From Nanobdellota archaeon (GTDB lineage: Archaea; Nanobdellota; Nanobdellia; Pacearchaeales; GW2011-AR1): a stretch of 64,000 nt of DNA. Below are positions 7,941 to 17,094 of this stretch, piece by piece (position 1 is the stretch's first letter; each line of letters opens with the position of its first letter). A program made the translations under genes and the position numbers. The notes under the pieces were generated by a model. The model made no database searches. It was not told where the DNA came from and was given only the letters and a program-made list of their open reading frames with translations. Location: assembly GCA_018816335.1 (NCBI GenBank), contig JAHIVP010000013.1:19226-83225 (forward strand), written 5' to 3'.

Positions 7941-9755
7941 TTAAAAACTTTTCTTTTTCCTAGTATTCCTACTCCCCCGAAACCCCTCTTTCTTTTTCCT
8001 GCCATCAAACTTTCTATCATCATTTCTTTCTCCAAACTTTCTATCATCTCTTCCACCAAATCTTGGCTTATCTCCAAATTTCTTTGTTCCTCCAAAACTT
8101 CTTTTTCCTTCATCTCTATTTCCAAATCTAGGTTTATCTCCAAATTTCTTATCCCCACCAAAACTCTTCCCACCAGAATCCCCATCTCTTCTCTCAAACC
8201 TCCTTCCTCCACCTTCACTTCTTCCATAACTTTTCTTCTCTCCAAATCTAGGCTTATCTCCAAACTTCTTAGGACCACCAAAACTTCTTCTATCTCCATC
8301 TCTTCCACCAAATCTTGGTTTATCTCCAAACTTTTTATCTCCATATCTTTTTGAATCTCCAAAACTCTTTCCACTAGAATCTCCATCTCTTCTCTCAAAC
8401 CTTCTTCCACCACTAAATCTAGGCTTATCTCCAAATTTTTTCTTATTATCAAAATTCCTACTTCCCCCACCCCTATTATCTCTCCCACCACTAAAACTTC
8501 TACTTCCTGATCTAAAATTTCCTCTATCTCCATCACTTCTACCTCTAAATCTATTTTTTCCAAATCCATTTGTATCTATAGGTACTCTCTCTACATAAGG
8601 AGTCTTCAACTTTTCTATCTTAATTTTTTCATCTTTCTCAACTTTTCCAAAATTATCATAATCTCTACTTGCTAAAATACTAATTGCAATCCCGTCTTTC
8701 CCAGCTCTAGCTGTTCTTCCAATTCTATGTATATATTCATCCGCTGTTTTAGGTATATCAAAATTATAAACATGCGAAACACCCTTAATATCCAACCCTC
8801 TAGCAGCAACATCAGTACAAACCATCACATTAACATGCCCTTTATGAAAACCATCTAATACTCTAGTTCTCGAATTCTGACTCAAACCTCCATGAATTGC
8901 TTTAGCTTCAACACCATTTTTCTTTAAATTTTGTTCAACAAAATCAACATTTCGTCTTGTCGCACAAAAAACCATTACAAGTTCAGATTTCTCATTTTTT
9001 AACAAATGCACTAAAAGAGAAAATTTCAATCCATCTTCAACATCATAATAAACCTGTTTTAATTTAGTAGCATCAACCATTGATTCAACAGCTACTTCAA
9101 TAGCATCTTTTGTATGTTTTTTAGCAAGATGGTCTATATCTTGAGAAATTGTAGCAGAAAACAACATTGTTTGTCTCTGTTCTGGAACCTGAGAAATAAT
9201 CTTATTAACATCATCATAAAACCCCATATCAAACATTCTATCAACTTCATCTAAAACAAGAAACTTCACCTTTTCCAATTTTATAGTATTTCTTTGCATA
9301 TGATCTAAGATTCTTCCAGGTGTTCCAACAACAACATCAGCAGTTTTTAATTTAGAAATTTGTGGTTCAATACCAACACCCCCATAAACAGTCGTAATCT
9401 TAAGAGGATTATACTTAGCAAATCTTTCTGTTTCTTGAGCAACTTGTTGTGCTAACTCTCTAGTTGGAGTTAAAATCAAAGCCTGCACACCTTTCCCTCT
9501 CTTTAAATTATCAATAATTGGAGCACTAAATGCTAAAGTTTTCCCACTTCCTGTCGACGATCCACCAATAACATCTTTCCCAGCTAACACTAAAGGAATC
9601 GCTTGTGTTTGAATATCGCTCGGTTCTTCAAACTTCATATCCTCAATAGCTTTCAAAATAGGCTCACTAAGGCCGAGTTTCTTAAACTTGTCCATATTAA
9701 ATTTTTTGAGAAAAAGCAAATTGTTAATTCCTTCTTCTCTACCATACATAATCAT
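7941..9755 (-). CDS. DEAD-box ATP-dependent RNA helicase with a C-terminal RGG/FGDKPRF tandem-repeat tail
   Basis: Motifs GSGKT, PTRELA, TPGR, DEVD, SAT, ARGLD and HRIGRTAR are present. About 150 C-terminal residues consist of KKFGDKPRFGGRDG-type repeats. Confidence 0.85.
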   Translation of the reverse strand: MIMYGREEGINNLLFLKKFNMDKFKKLGLSEPILKAIEDMKFEEPSDIQTQAIPLVLAGKDVIGGSSTGSGKTLAFSAPIIDNLKRGKGVQALILTPTRELAQQVAQETERFAKYNPLKITTVYGGVGIEPQISKLKTADVVVGTPGRILDHMQRNTIKLEKVKFLVLDEVDRMFDMGFYDDVNKIISQVPEQRQTMLFSATISQDIDHLAKKHTKDAIEVAVESMVDATKLKQVYYDVEDGLKFSLLVHLLKNEKSELVMVFCATRRNVDFVEQNLKKNGVEAKAIHGGLSQNSRTRVLDGFHKGHVNVMVCTDVAARGLDIKGVSHVYNFDIPKTADEYIHRIGRTARAGKDGIAISILASRDYDNFGKVEKDEKIKIEKLKTPYVERVPIDTNGFGKNRFRGRSDGDRGNFRSGSRSFSGGRDNRGGGSRNFDNKKKFGDKPRFSGGRRFERRDGDSSGKSFGDSKRYGDKKFGDKPRFGGRDGDRRSFGGPKKFGDKPRFGEKKSYGRSEGGGRRFERRDGDSGGKSFGGDKKFGDKPRFGNRDEGKRSFGGTKKFGDKPRFGGRDDRKFGERNDDRKFDGRKKKEGFRGSRNTRKKKSF

Positions 9756-9805
9756 TATTTCTAACTTATCTGTATTATACTACACTAAGAAATGGGTTTT
9801 TAAAG

Positions 9806-10024
9806 TTATGCAACTTCTCTTTCTTCAGAATTATCCTCTCCAATCAACCACATAATTTGATCATATCCTTGCCACCTTCCCGCAGGAGTAATCAAACAAG
9901 GACTTTCTGTTGGATCTGCTCCCCCCTCTATACTATAAGGAATTTCTTGACGTTCTAATTCTTCCCTAATTCTTTGAGTGTATTCGGTTCCAGTATCGTT
10001 TACATGTAAAATCCATCTTATCAT
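9806..10024 (-). CDS. hypothetical small protein (72 aa), possibly thioredoxin-fold without CxxC
   Basis: ORF-track ORF; weak resemblance only. Confidence 0.3.
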   Translation of the reverse strand: MIRWILHVNDTGTEYTQRIREELERQEIPYSIEGGADPTESPCLITPAGRWQGYDQIMWLIGEDNSEEREVA

Positions 10025-10098
10025 TTTAATTATTAAGAAGTCTCTCTTTTTAAAAATTTATATCTTCCACACCTCATTTTTCTGAACAACCTTCCAAA

Positions 10099-11172
10099 TT
10101 ATACTTTCCACTTCCCTCTCTCTTGAACAACCTTCCCATCCAGAACTATCTTAGCATGTTTCATATCCTTAACAATATCCCAATGAATAGCAGAATCATT
10201 CCCCCCCCCATTTTCTTTGTACGCCATTCCCAATGCTAAATGTATAGTTCCTCCAATTTTCTCATCAAACAATAATTCATTAGTTGGTTTTGTAACTTTA
10301 GGATTCATTCCAATCCCAAGTTCTCCAACATATCTTGCATTTTTATCAGTGTTTAACATTGTAGTCAAAAACTTCAAATTTTTACTAGCCTTTTCTTTCA
10401 CAACTTTTCCACCTTTAAACCTCAAATAAATATCTTTCACTTCTTTTCCATCTCTTATCGACGGCCACTCAAATTTAATATATCCCTTTAAAGAATTTCT
10501 TACAGGAGCCATAAAAATCTCTCCCCCAGGCATATTTTCCTTCCCATCATCCATCACAGCTTTCTTTCCATGAATCTTCATCTTTAAATCAACACCTTTT
10601 CCAATCAAATGAACTTCTTTTCCTTTCTTAAATTTATCAAGAATCTTCTTCATTCTCTTACTCTCTTTTTTCCAATCCTGCAAACAAGCACCATAAAGAA
10701 AATTAGAATAATTTTTCAAGCTCATCCCAGCTTCTTTAGCCAATTTCTTACTTGGAAATCCCATTGAACACCTATAAATTTTAGGTTTTTCATTAACAAC
10801 ATAACTAGAAATAGGATTAGTAATCTTTGTCCTCATTGCAACTTTTTTAGGATCTAATTTTTCCATCTCTTTTCTATCATCTCCAGTTCCAATCCCAATA
10901 TATTTTTGTATCTTCTTAACTACCATATCATGAATCTCAGGAAATTTCCCAATCTGTTCCATAGAAGCATTTTCATAATAAATTGGGGTCAAACCCTCAG
11001 GACTATATTTCAACTGAGGATAAGCCCCCTTTTTCAAAACAGCTTTATACAATGCCTTGACAAACTCTTTAGCATCCTCACTAGCAGAAATCATAACATT
11101 CTCATCCTTCTTTACAAACACACTCCAATCAATAACTAACTTTGCTAACTTCTCAACTCTTTTATCTTTCAT
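10099..11172 (-). CDS. M29-family aminopeptidase (AmpS/PepS-like)
   Basis: ENMPGGE, GTIHLALG and HWD motifs, with a length typical of aminopeptidase T/S. Confidence 0.65.
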   Translation of the reverse strand: MKDKRVEKLAKLVIDWSVFVKKDENVMISASEDAKEFVKALYKAVLKKGAYPQLKYSPEGLTPIYYENASMEQIGKFPEIHDMVVKKIQKYIGIGTGDDRKEMEKLDPKKVAMRTKITNPISSYVVNEKPKIYRCSMGFPSKKLAKEAGMSLKNYSNFLYGACLQDWKKESKRMKKILDKFKKGKEVHLIGKGVDLKMKIHGKKAVMDDGKENMPGGEIFMAPVRNSLKGYIKFEWPSIRDGKEVKDIYLRFKGGKVVKEKASKNLKFLTTMLNTDKNARYVGELGIGMNPKVTKPTNELLFDEKIGGTIHLALGMAYKENGGGNDSAIHWDIVKDMKHAKIVLDGKVVQERGKWKV

Positions 11173-11202
11173 ATATAATTAAAAAATCTAGAATATAAAA
11201 AT

Positions 11203-12954
11203 CTACCTCTTAACAATCATAGCAATCAAAACAACAATAAAAACTAATATAACAAGAAAAACCATTAACCAAACATGCCAGTAATTCAAAACACTATTAC
11301 TATTATCTACATTTTCATCAAGACTATTCAAACTTATAGTATCAACTATTTCTTCTTCAATTAACTCACTATCTTGATTAACAACTGAAACTTTTTTTGA
11401 AAAACTTACAACCTTACCATAATCAACATCAACTATAATCTCATATTCTCCATTCCCAGATCCAGGAGGAATATCAATTAAAACAAATTCATTAAACTTA
11501 TTACTATCAACACTCATTAATCTATCTTCATAAATTCCTAAACCATAACTTACAATTCTAACATCCATTTCTTTTCCATTTAGATTTTTAGCATTAATTA
11601 CAATTTCTACTTGTCCATTTGATAAACTTTCTATTTGAACATTTACACTTTTTTTACTTGAAGAAGAACTATGTGTTTCTGGGTCATCATCTTCATCATC
11701 ACAAGATTCCACTTCAAAATTAAAAACAAATAAATTATTATCTTCATATTCTTCTTCATATATGTTTGCAGGATCAGTTATAATTTTTAATTCATACTCT
11801 CCAGCATCTAGAACACCCAACCCAACTCCCCAATCTTTATCTTCAGAATCAAAAGGTAAAACTGGAATTGCAGAGATAAGTACATCATTAAGATAAATTT
11901 CTACAGGAACAGAATCAGGAATTGCATCTCCATTTATTTTATGTGTATGAAATCTTATCATTGCTTCATCATCATCTAATATAGGAGCATTTGGAATATA
12001 TCCTCCTCCAATATATAAATCAGGAAGTATTACTCCACCAATACAACTCCCATTAGAACATCCACTAACACAATCTTCAACTAATACTAACTCAACATAA
12101 TCAGTACATGCTGCTTCTAATGTTCCAGAATTTCCACATGAAAAATCTTTCCAATTTTGATAAACATCATCATTATAACAAACAGCATCTCCAATAAATC
12201 TATCAACTCCACAATCACTATCAATATTACATCCAAGATTACATTGTTTTATAGCATCAATCTCAAAATCAGGATTTTCTAATCCACTACCACTTATTTT
12301 TGTATATCTAAATCCATCTGAAGAATAATAATCTTTAACTCCATCATGAGCTCTCAAATTATTTATATCATCAACATAAATAGCAGTCTGTTCCAATAAA
12401 TCCCAATTAACATTATCTGAACTTACTTCCACAATGTATTCATCTAATTCTTCAGGTCTATCTGTAAAATCTATTCCAGGAAAAACTCTAAGATAATTTG
12501 TCATTGACCCAAAATCCCACACAACATATGTTGGAGCAGAAATCCATAACCAATACCAATCTAATTCATTCCCATAATCCCAACTTCCATTTGTAGAAAT
12601 CACCCAATCCAAAGGATCATTTGAATAATGCATCCCATAATAAAAATTCCCTAAATTATTAATCTCATCAACATCTCCATAATTTCCTGTACAAGAAGGC
12701 ATATCAGGAAGATACATAGAAGGAAAAACATTAGATTCATCATCATCTGAACTTGAATCACATCCAGGATCTCCATAATAACTTACAGAATTATAATCAG
12801 CAAATCCATCTCCATCATTATCTATTCCATCAGAACATTGTGATGAAGCACTAACAAAAGATAAACTTAACATCATAACTAATATCAATAAACTTGCTAA
12901 TCTTTTTAATCTATTTTGGGCATTCATTTGTGTCATTCGGAAGTTATAACACAT
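11203..12954 (-). CDS. secreted acidic Cys-rich surface protein with a CARDB-like domain and a C-terminal TM anchor
   Basis: Signal peptide LLILVMMLSLSFVSASS. CARDB-like block PDLYIGG...IYLND...GEYELKIITDPANIYEEEYEDNN. C-terminal helix WLMVFLVILVFIVVLIAMIV followed by KR. Confidence 0.55.
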   Translation of the reverse strand: MCYNFRMTQMNAQNRLKRLASLLILVMMLSLSFVSASSQCSDGIDNDGDGFADYNSVSYYGDPGCDSSSDDDESNVFPSMYLPDMPSCTGNYGDVDEINNLGNFYYGMHYSNDPLDWVISTNGSWDYGNELDWYWLWISAPTYVVWDFGSMTNYLRVFPGIDFTDRPEELDEYIVEVSSDNVNWDLLEQTAIYVDDINNLRAHDGVKDYYSSDGFRYTKISGSGLENPDFEIDAIKQCNLGCNIDSDCGVDRFIGDAVCYNDDVYQNWKDFSCGNSGTLEAACTDYVELVLVEDCVSGCSNGSCIGGVILPDLYIGGGYIPNAPILDDDEAMIRFHTHKINGDAIPDSVPVEIYLNDVLISAIPVLPFDSEDKDWGVGLGVLDAGEYELKIITDPANIYEEEYEDNNLFVFNFEVESCDDEDDDPETHSSSSSKKSVNVQIESLSNGQVEIVINAKNLNGKEMDVRIVSYGLGIYEDRLMSVDSNKFNEFVLIDIPPGSGNGEYEIIVDVDYGKVVSFSKKVSVVNQDSELIEEEIVDTISLNSLDENVDNSNSVLNYWHVWLMVFLVILVFIVVLIAMIVKR

Positions 12955-13003
12955 TTATAAATCTTTCCATCCATAGATTTAAATAATAGTTCGTTTAATT
13001 TTT

Positions 13004-13825
13004 ATGATGGAGCAAAAAGAGGCGCTTGAAAAACTCAAAACAGAATTAAAACTCCGAGGGTATTCTCACCTTACTGAAAAAAATTATGTTTTCTTTATTG
13101 AAAAATTTTTAAAACACTCTAACACAAAAATTGATCTCCTTAATGAAGATAATGCAAAATCATATTTAGCGTCGTTATTCGAAGACAAGTCAAGAAACAC
13201 AATTATGTTAGCAGCTTCGGCAATTAAATTCTTTTATAATATCTTAAAGAAAAATCTTTCTGAAATCACCCTTCCAAAAAAAGAAAAAAAGCTACCAATT
13301 GTTTTAAGTAAAAAAGATATAATCTCACTTTTGAATTCTTCCCAAACTAAAAAATCTAAACTTATACTTTCTTTATTATATTCTTCAGGATTAAGAGTAT
13401 CAGAGGTTGTTAATCTAAAAAAACAAGATATTGATTTTAATGATAAAATAGGGTGGGTTAGAAAAGGAAAAGGTTCAAAGGATAGAATATTTAGTATCTC
13501 TGAAACATTATTAAACCAGGTAAAAGAATATTTAACTTCTCATCCAGATAATGAATATGTATTTTCTAAAACAACGCCTCTTACTCCAAGAAATATACAA
13601 AAAATTATAAAACTTACAGCAACTAAAGCTGGAATAGAAAAAAGAGTTACTCCCCATACTTTAAGACATTCTTTTGCAACACATCTTCTTGAAGATGGAA
13701 CAGACATTAGAGTTATTCAAACAATGTTAGGTCACGAAAACTTATCAACAACTCAGATATATACCCACATATCTCAAGAACAAATTAAAAAAGTTGTAAA
13801 TCCTTTTGATAACTTAGAACTATAA
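13004..13825 (+). CDS. xerA: tyrosine site-specific recombinase (XerA/XerC-D family)
   Basis: The catalytic region HTLRHSFATHLLEDGTDIRVIQTMLGHENLSTTQIYTH (R..H...R/H..Y) is present, plus an N-terminal SAM-like domain. Confidence 0.85.
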   Translation: MMEQKEALEKLKTELKLRGYSHLTEKNYVFFIEKFLKHSNTKIDLLNEDNAKSYLASLFEDKSRNTIMLAASAIKFFYNILKKNLSEITLPKKEKKLPIVLSKKDIISLLNSSQTKKSKLILSLLYSSGLRVSEVVNLKKQDIDFNDKIGWVRKGKGSKDRIFSISETLLNQVKEYLTSHPDNEYVFSKTTPLTPRNIQKIIKLTATKAGIEKRVTPHTLRHSFATHLLEDGTDIRVIQTMLGHENLSTTQIYTHISQEQIKKVVNPFDNLEL

Positions 13826-14239
13826 TTATCTATAACTCTTCTGCCTTCTAGTTCTAGCCTTAGAATCACCTGGCTTATTAGGTTCCTTTCTTCTAACATC
13901 TGCAACAATTAAACTTCTATCATATCTTATAAACTCTCTTTTCAATTTTTCAGATTTTGAAACTTTTAAAATTGCCCTTGCTATTGCTTGTCTTGCTGCC
14001 TCTATTTGACTTTCAACGCCTCCACCTTTAACACTAACATCAATATCAAACTTCAAACTTCCTAAAACATTTTTTGATATTCTTAGAGGTTCTTCAATCT
14101 GCAGCTTTCTTAGTTGTTCCATTGTTTGATAATCTTTTTTATTAATTGTTACCTTCCCTGAACCTACTTTTAAAATAGCCCTTGCTATTGCTGTCTTTCT
14201 CTTTCCAGACACAATTGTATTTTTTTCTTTTCCTTTCAT
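13826..14239 (-). CDS. rps9: ribosomal protein uS9
   Basis: ARQAIARAIL and a C-terminal RRQKSYR. Operon position after L13. Confidence 0.85.
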   Translation of the reverse strand: MKGKEKNTIVSGKRKTAIARAILKVGSGKVTINKKDYQTMEQLRKLQIEEPLRISKNVLGSLKFDIDVSVKGGGVESQIEAARQAIARAILKVSKSEKLKREFIRYDRSLIVADVRRKEPNKPGDSKARTRRQKSYR

Positions 14240-14240
14240 A

Positions 14241-14636
14241 TTATTTTAGTAACTTAGATACTTTTTCTAGAGTATTAAAATCTCCTTTATTTCTTGAAGA
14301 TTTGATTTTTTCTACTTCTACATATTTTTCAGGAACATCATTATAACATCTTACTCTCATCAAAGCTTCTACTCCTCTTCTTGAACTTGGTAACATACCT
14401 TTTATTGTTTTCTTTAACATTTTCTCAGGTATCGAAGATAAAATTATCCCTTTTCTCGAACTTCCACCTAGTCTTCTCTTTCTCATATATTCTTCTTTAA
14501 TCTCAACAAAATTTCCACTAATAATTATTTTCTTAGAATTCACAATAACAACATTTTTTCCTTTCATTGCTTCTTTAGCTACAAAACTAGAAATCCTTCC
14601 TAAAATTGCATTTTCTCCATCAATTACTATTTCCAT
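14241..14636 (-). CDS. rpl13: ribosomal protein uL13
   Basis: Archaeal L13 sequence (AILGRISSFVAKEAMKG...). Conserved L18e-L13-S9 order. Confidence 0.85.
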   Translation of the reverse strand: MEIVIDGENAILGRISSFVAKEAMKGKNVVIVNSKKIIISGNFVEIKEEYMRKRRLGGSSRKGIILSSIPEKMLKKTIKGMLPSSRRGVEALMRVRCYNDVPEKYVEVEKIKSSRNKGDFNTLEKVSKLLK

Positions 14637-15010
14637 TATTTGATTATTTTTATTCCCTTTGCTAAAGGATTTACTTTTATTTCTTCTTTAACACTCACAA
14701 TCTCACATTTCTTGTCTTTCAATTTTTTAATTGCTGATTCTGAAAATTTTAAAGCAACAACTCTAATTTTCTTACTTACATCTCCAACACCTAAGACCTT
14801 TCCAGGAACTAATATTGTTTCTCCTTCCTGACTATTTTTATCAATTTCTTCTAGATTAATTTTACTTTGCTTACGTGTCGGAACTGAGATAAGATGTGAA
14901 ATTTTGACCCACTTATCTGCTTTTTTTGCACTTAATATAGTGCCAACTAACTCAACATTTGTTTTTCTTCTCATTTTCCTTTCAATCTTTGTTTTACTTA
15001 TCATATTCAA
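14636..15010 (-). CDS. rpl18e: ribosomal protein eL18 (L18e)
   Basis: Position upstream of L13. Basic protein of 124 aa with a GKVLGVG motif. Confidence 0.7.
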   Translation of the reverse strand: MNMISKTKIERKMRRKTNVELVGTILSAKKADKWVKISHLISVPTRKQSKINLEEIDKNSQEGETILVPGKVLGVGDVSKKIRVVALKFSESAIKKLKDKKCEIVSVKEEIKVNPLAKGIKIIK

Positions 15011-15034
15011 ATTATTCCTCTATCAATCCTTTTG

Positions 15035-15150
15035 CGGGTCACGCATTTACAGCCCCATGCCCTAACATTCTTCTGCCCCGACCGGACTGTGTTGCGGGTC
15101 ACGCATTTACAGCCCCATGCCCTAACATTCTTCTGCCCCGGCGGGCTGTG
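15035..15150 (-). repeat. two tandem GC-rich direct repeats (about 60 nt each) immediately 3' of the tRNA, each ending in CCCGCA
   Basis: In minus sense the unit is CACAG(C/T)CCG..GGGGCAGAAGAATGTTAGGGCATGGGGCTGTAAATGCGTGACCCGCA(A), present twice. GC content is far above the local background. Confidence 0.8.
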
Positions 15151-15152
15151 AA

Positions 15153-15236
15153 TGCGGGAAGAAGGATTCGAACCCTCGTAGGCACTAAGCCAACACGCCC
15201 TTAACGTGTCCCGTTTGACCGCTCCGGCATTCCCGC
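15153..15236 (-). tRNA. class II tRNA (long variable arm), most likely tRNA-Leu; by canonical positions the anticodon reads AAG
   Basis: Manual cloverleaf: a 7-bp acceptor stem GCGGGAA/TTCCCGC plus discriminator A; a canonical T-loop TTCGAAT with a 5-bp stem; a D-loop containing GG; a 5-bp anticodon stem ACACG/CGTGT with loop TTAAGGG; a 15-nt variable arm. Confidence 0.7.
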
Positions 15237-15352
15237 ATTTATGCAGGATGCATTGACACAACCAAAATCTAATTTTTCAGAGTATCAGGTTGGTAAGGGT
15301 GTTCCTTACAGCATTCCCGCTTATTCATTCGAATATTAAGGAACTTAAAAAT

Positions 15353-16057
15353 TTATTTAAGCGCTTTCTTAACTTCATTAAGGTTTTGATTTAGCGTTTT
15401 AATAGATTCTTCAAAAATTGCTGGAGCATCTATTTGACCATAACTTTCAATACTGAAAACTAACCCCTTTCCTTTTTTTATTTCAATAGAATCTTTTCCT
15501 TTCTTTTTACACTCTTCAATACAAGATTCACACATATCACAGTTCTCTAAATTTTTAACAGAAACCTTTCCATCTTTAATATCAAAAACATCAAGAGGAC
15601 AAACACTAGCACAATCTTCACAATTAGGATCCTTTATTTTAATATCAGCAACATTTCTATAAAAAACCAATCCAGGTGAATATTTCACATGCTCTGTTCC
15701 TTTTCCTAACTTCCCTTTAGCAATAAACTCAATTTCTTGTCCATCTTCTAATTTAGTTATAATCATTTTATCATAAACAACTTTAGCATTTCCTTTCATA
15801 TCTCCAGAATAAACTGTCTTTGGACCTTTTTCAACAAGCTTCATTGTAACTTCTTTTGTTTTAACACTATCTTTCTTTAAAGGAATCAATCCAACTCTAT
15901 GAGCAATAATCTCATCATATAAAACAGAATCATTTTTATGAATCTCTAATTCATGAATTGCAAAAACCTCAACCTCATTAGCACTTCTTCTTATAGCATT
16001 TGCTAGTTCTTCTTCCCCTTCAAATGCAAATTCAATTTTTTCTGGTGTATTTTTCAT
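15353..16057 (-). CDS. rpoD: DNA-directed RNA polymerase subunit D (Rpo3) with a 4Fe-4S cysteine cluster
   Basis: Cys cluster CEDCASVCP...CDMCESCIEEC. Conserved position between S11 and L18e. Confidence 0.8.
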   Translation of the reverse strand: MKNTPEKIEFAFEGEEELANAIRRSANEVEVFAIHELEIHKNDSVLYDEIIAHRVGLIPLKKDSVKTKEVTMKLVEKGPKTVYSGDMKGNAKVVYDKMIITKLEDGQEIEFIAKGKLGKGTEHVKYSPGLVFYRNVADIKIKDPNCEDCASVCPLDVFDIKDGKVSVKNLENCDMCESCIEECKKKGKDSIEIKKGKGLVFSIESYGQIDAPAIFEESIKTLNQNLNEVKKALK

Positions 16058-16088
16058 TTTAATTATAGGATAATTTTACTTTAAAAGC

Positions 16089-16472
16089 TTATGGTCTTCT
16101 TCCTCTTCTCCCACCTTTAACCTTTGGCCCTCCCCTTGGAATTTTTGTTGTATCACTTATATTAATTATTTTAAATCCTTCTCTTCCTAATGATTTTACA
16201 ACTGCATGTGCTCCAGGTCCAGGAGCAGGACTTCCAGTCTTTGCTCTAATCCTTACATATAATGATTTTAATCTATATTCTTTTGCCATCTCAGCAACTC
16301 TTTTCCCAACAAACATAGCCACAGTTGGATTTGCCTTTAATCGATTTTGTTTTGTTGACATTCCCCCTGAAACCCTAGCAATTGTATTTCCTGCTAAGTC
16401 AGTGATATGCACAATTGTATTATTAAACGACGTATAAATATGAACTATTCCTGTTTCTTCATCTGCAGCCAT
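16089..16472 (-). CDS. rps11: ribosomal protein uS11
   Basis: The ORF-track ORF extends to 16598 through overlap with S4. The likely true start is the ATG at 16470-16472 (MAADEETGIVHIY...), directly after the S4 stop. Confidence 0.85.
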   Translation of the reverse strand: MAADEETGIVHIYTSFNNTIVHITDLAGNTIARVSGGMSTKQNRLKANPTVAMFVGKRVAEMAKEYRLKSLYVRIRAKTGSPAPGPGAHAVVKSLGREGFKIINISDTTKIPRGGPKVKGGRRGRRP

Positions 16473-16473
16473 T

Positions 16474-17094
16474 TTATTCCTTAACCTCCTCAACTTTAAC
16501 TTCTTCTTTAGGAGCTTCTTTAATTTCTTCAACCACAGCTTTCTCTGAAATTTCCTCAGCTTTATTTTCAACTTTAACTCCTTCAGAATCTTTCTCAACT
16601 GGTTTTTCTTTCTTCTCTAAATCTTTCATTTCAACAGTCTTCATAACCTTATCAACAGTAATCTTGTCTTCCTCATCTTTCTTAACCATATATGAAGGAA
16701 TATTCACAACATTTTCATTAACTTTAATGTGTTTATGAACAATTAATTGTCTTGCTTCTTTAGGAGTGTTTACCACTTTATTTTTTAATATCATAGTTTG
16801 TAATCTTCTTTTCAACCAATCTTCTTTATTTAATGCCAAAACATCTGCAATTTTATCAACACTAAACCCTATTTTATTTAATTTATCTAAGAAAATTTTT
16901 TGTTCTTCAAGCCCAGCAGTAATTAAACTTTTAGCTCGTCTTCTAAAAATTGAAATCTCAAATTCAGCTTTCCAAATCTCTTTCTTATTTTTCAAACCAT
17001 ACTTATCTCGTAAATCATTTTCTTCATCAATTCTTGTTTTGTCAAATAACTTTTTAGGTCTTTTTATCTGAGAATTTTTCTTTCCAAACATCAT
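16474..17094 (-). CDS. rps4: ribosomal protein uS4 with a K/E-rich C-terminal extension
   Basis: S4 domain, followed by a tail of about 50 aa (EKKEKPVEKDSEGVKVENKAEEISEKAVVEEIKEAPKEEVKVEEVKE). Confidence 0.85.
   Translation of the reverse strand: MMFGKKNSQIKRPKKLFDKTRIDEENDLRDKYGLKNKKEIWKAEFEISIFRRRAKSLITAGLEEQKIFLDKLNKIGFSVDKIADVLALNKEDWLKRRLQTMILKNKVVNTPKEARQLIVHKHIKVNENVVNIPSYMVKKDEEDKITVDKVMKTVEMKDLEKKEKPVEKDSEGVKVENKAEEISEKAVVEEIKEAPKEEVKVEEVKE

Noticed and set aside
7934-8569. 211-aa ORF on the minus strand overlapping the helicase in another frame
   Set aside because: It is an artefact of the tandem FGDKPRF DNA repeats: a periodic E/L/V-rich translation lying entirely inside a well-supported DEAD-box CDS.
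1729-13825. An integrated mobile element bounded by the tyrosine recombinase
   Set aside because: No flanking direct repeats or a tRNA-adjacent att site are evident. The recombinase has the size and motif pattern of housekeeping XerA, and the intervening genes (DEAD helicase, aminopeptidase) look chromosomal. Only the 5..7.9 kb sub-block is flagged as a possible islet.
15035-15150. Possible CRISPR array
   Set aside because: There are only two tandem units with no intervening unique spacers, the units are 60 nt long, and no cas genes are present.
14959-15261. Two ORF-track ORFs (14959..15204 plus strand, 15007..15261 minus strand) spanning the tRNA region
   Set aside because: They cover the tRNA gene and the GC-rich tandem repeats. 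The duplicated peptide segments simply mirror the DNA repeat, so they are not coding.
16473-16598. N-terminal KLKLRK-rich extension of the uS11 ORF
   Set aside because: It arises from reading through the uS4 3' end in another frame. The internal ATG at 16472 gives a canonical uS11 N-terminus directly after the uS4 stop.
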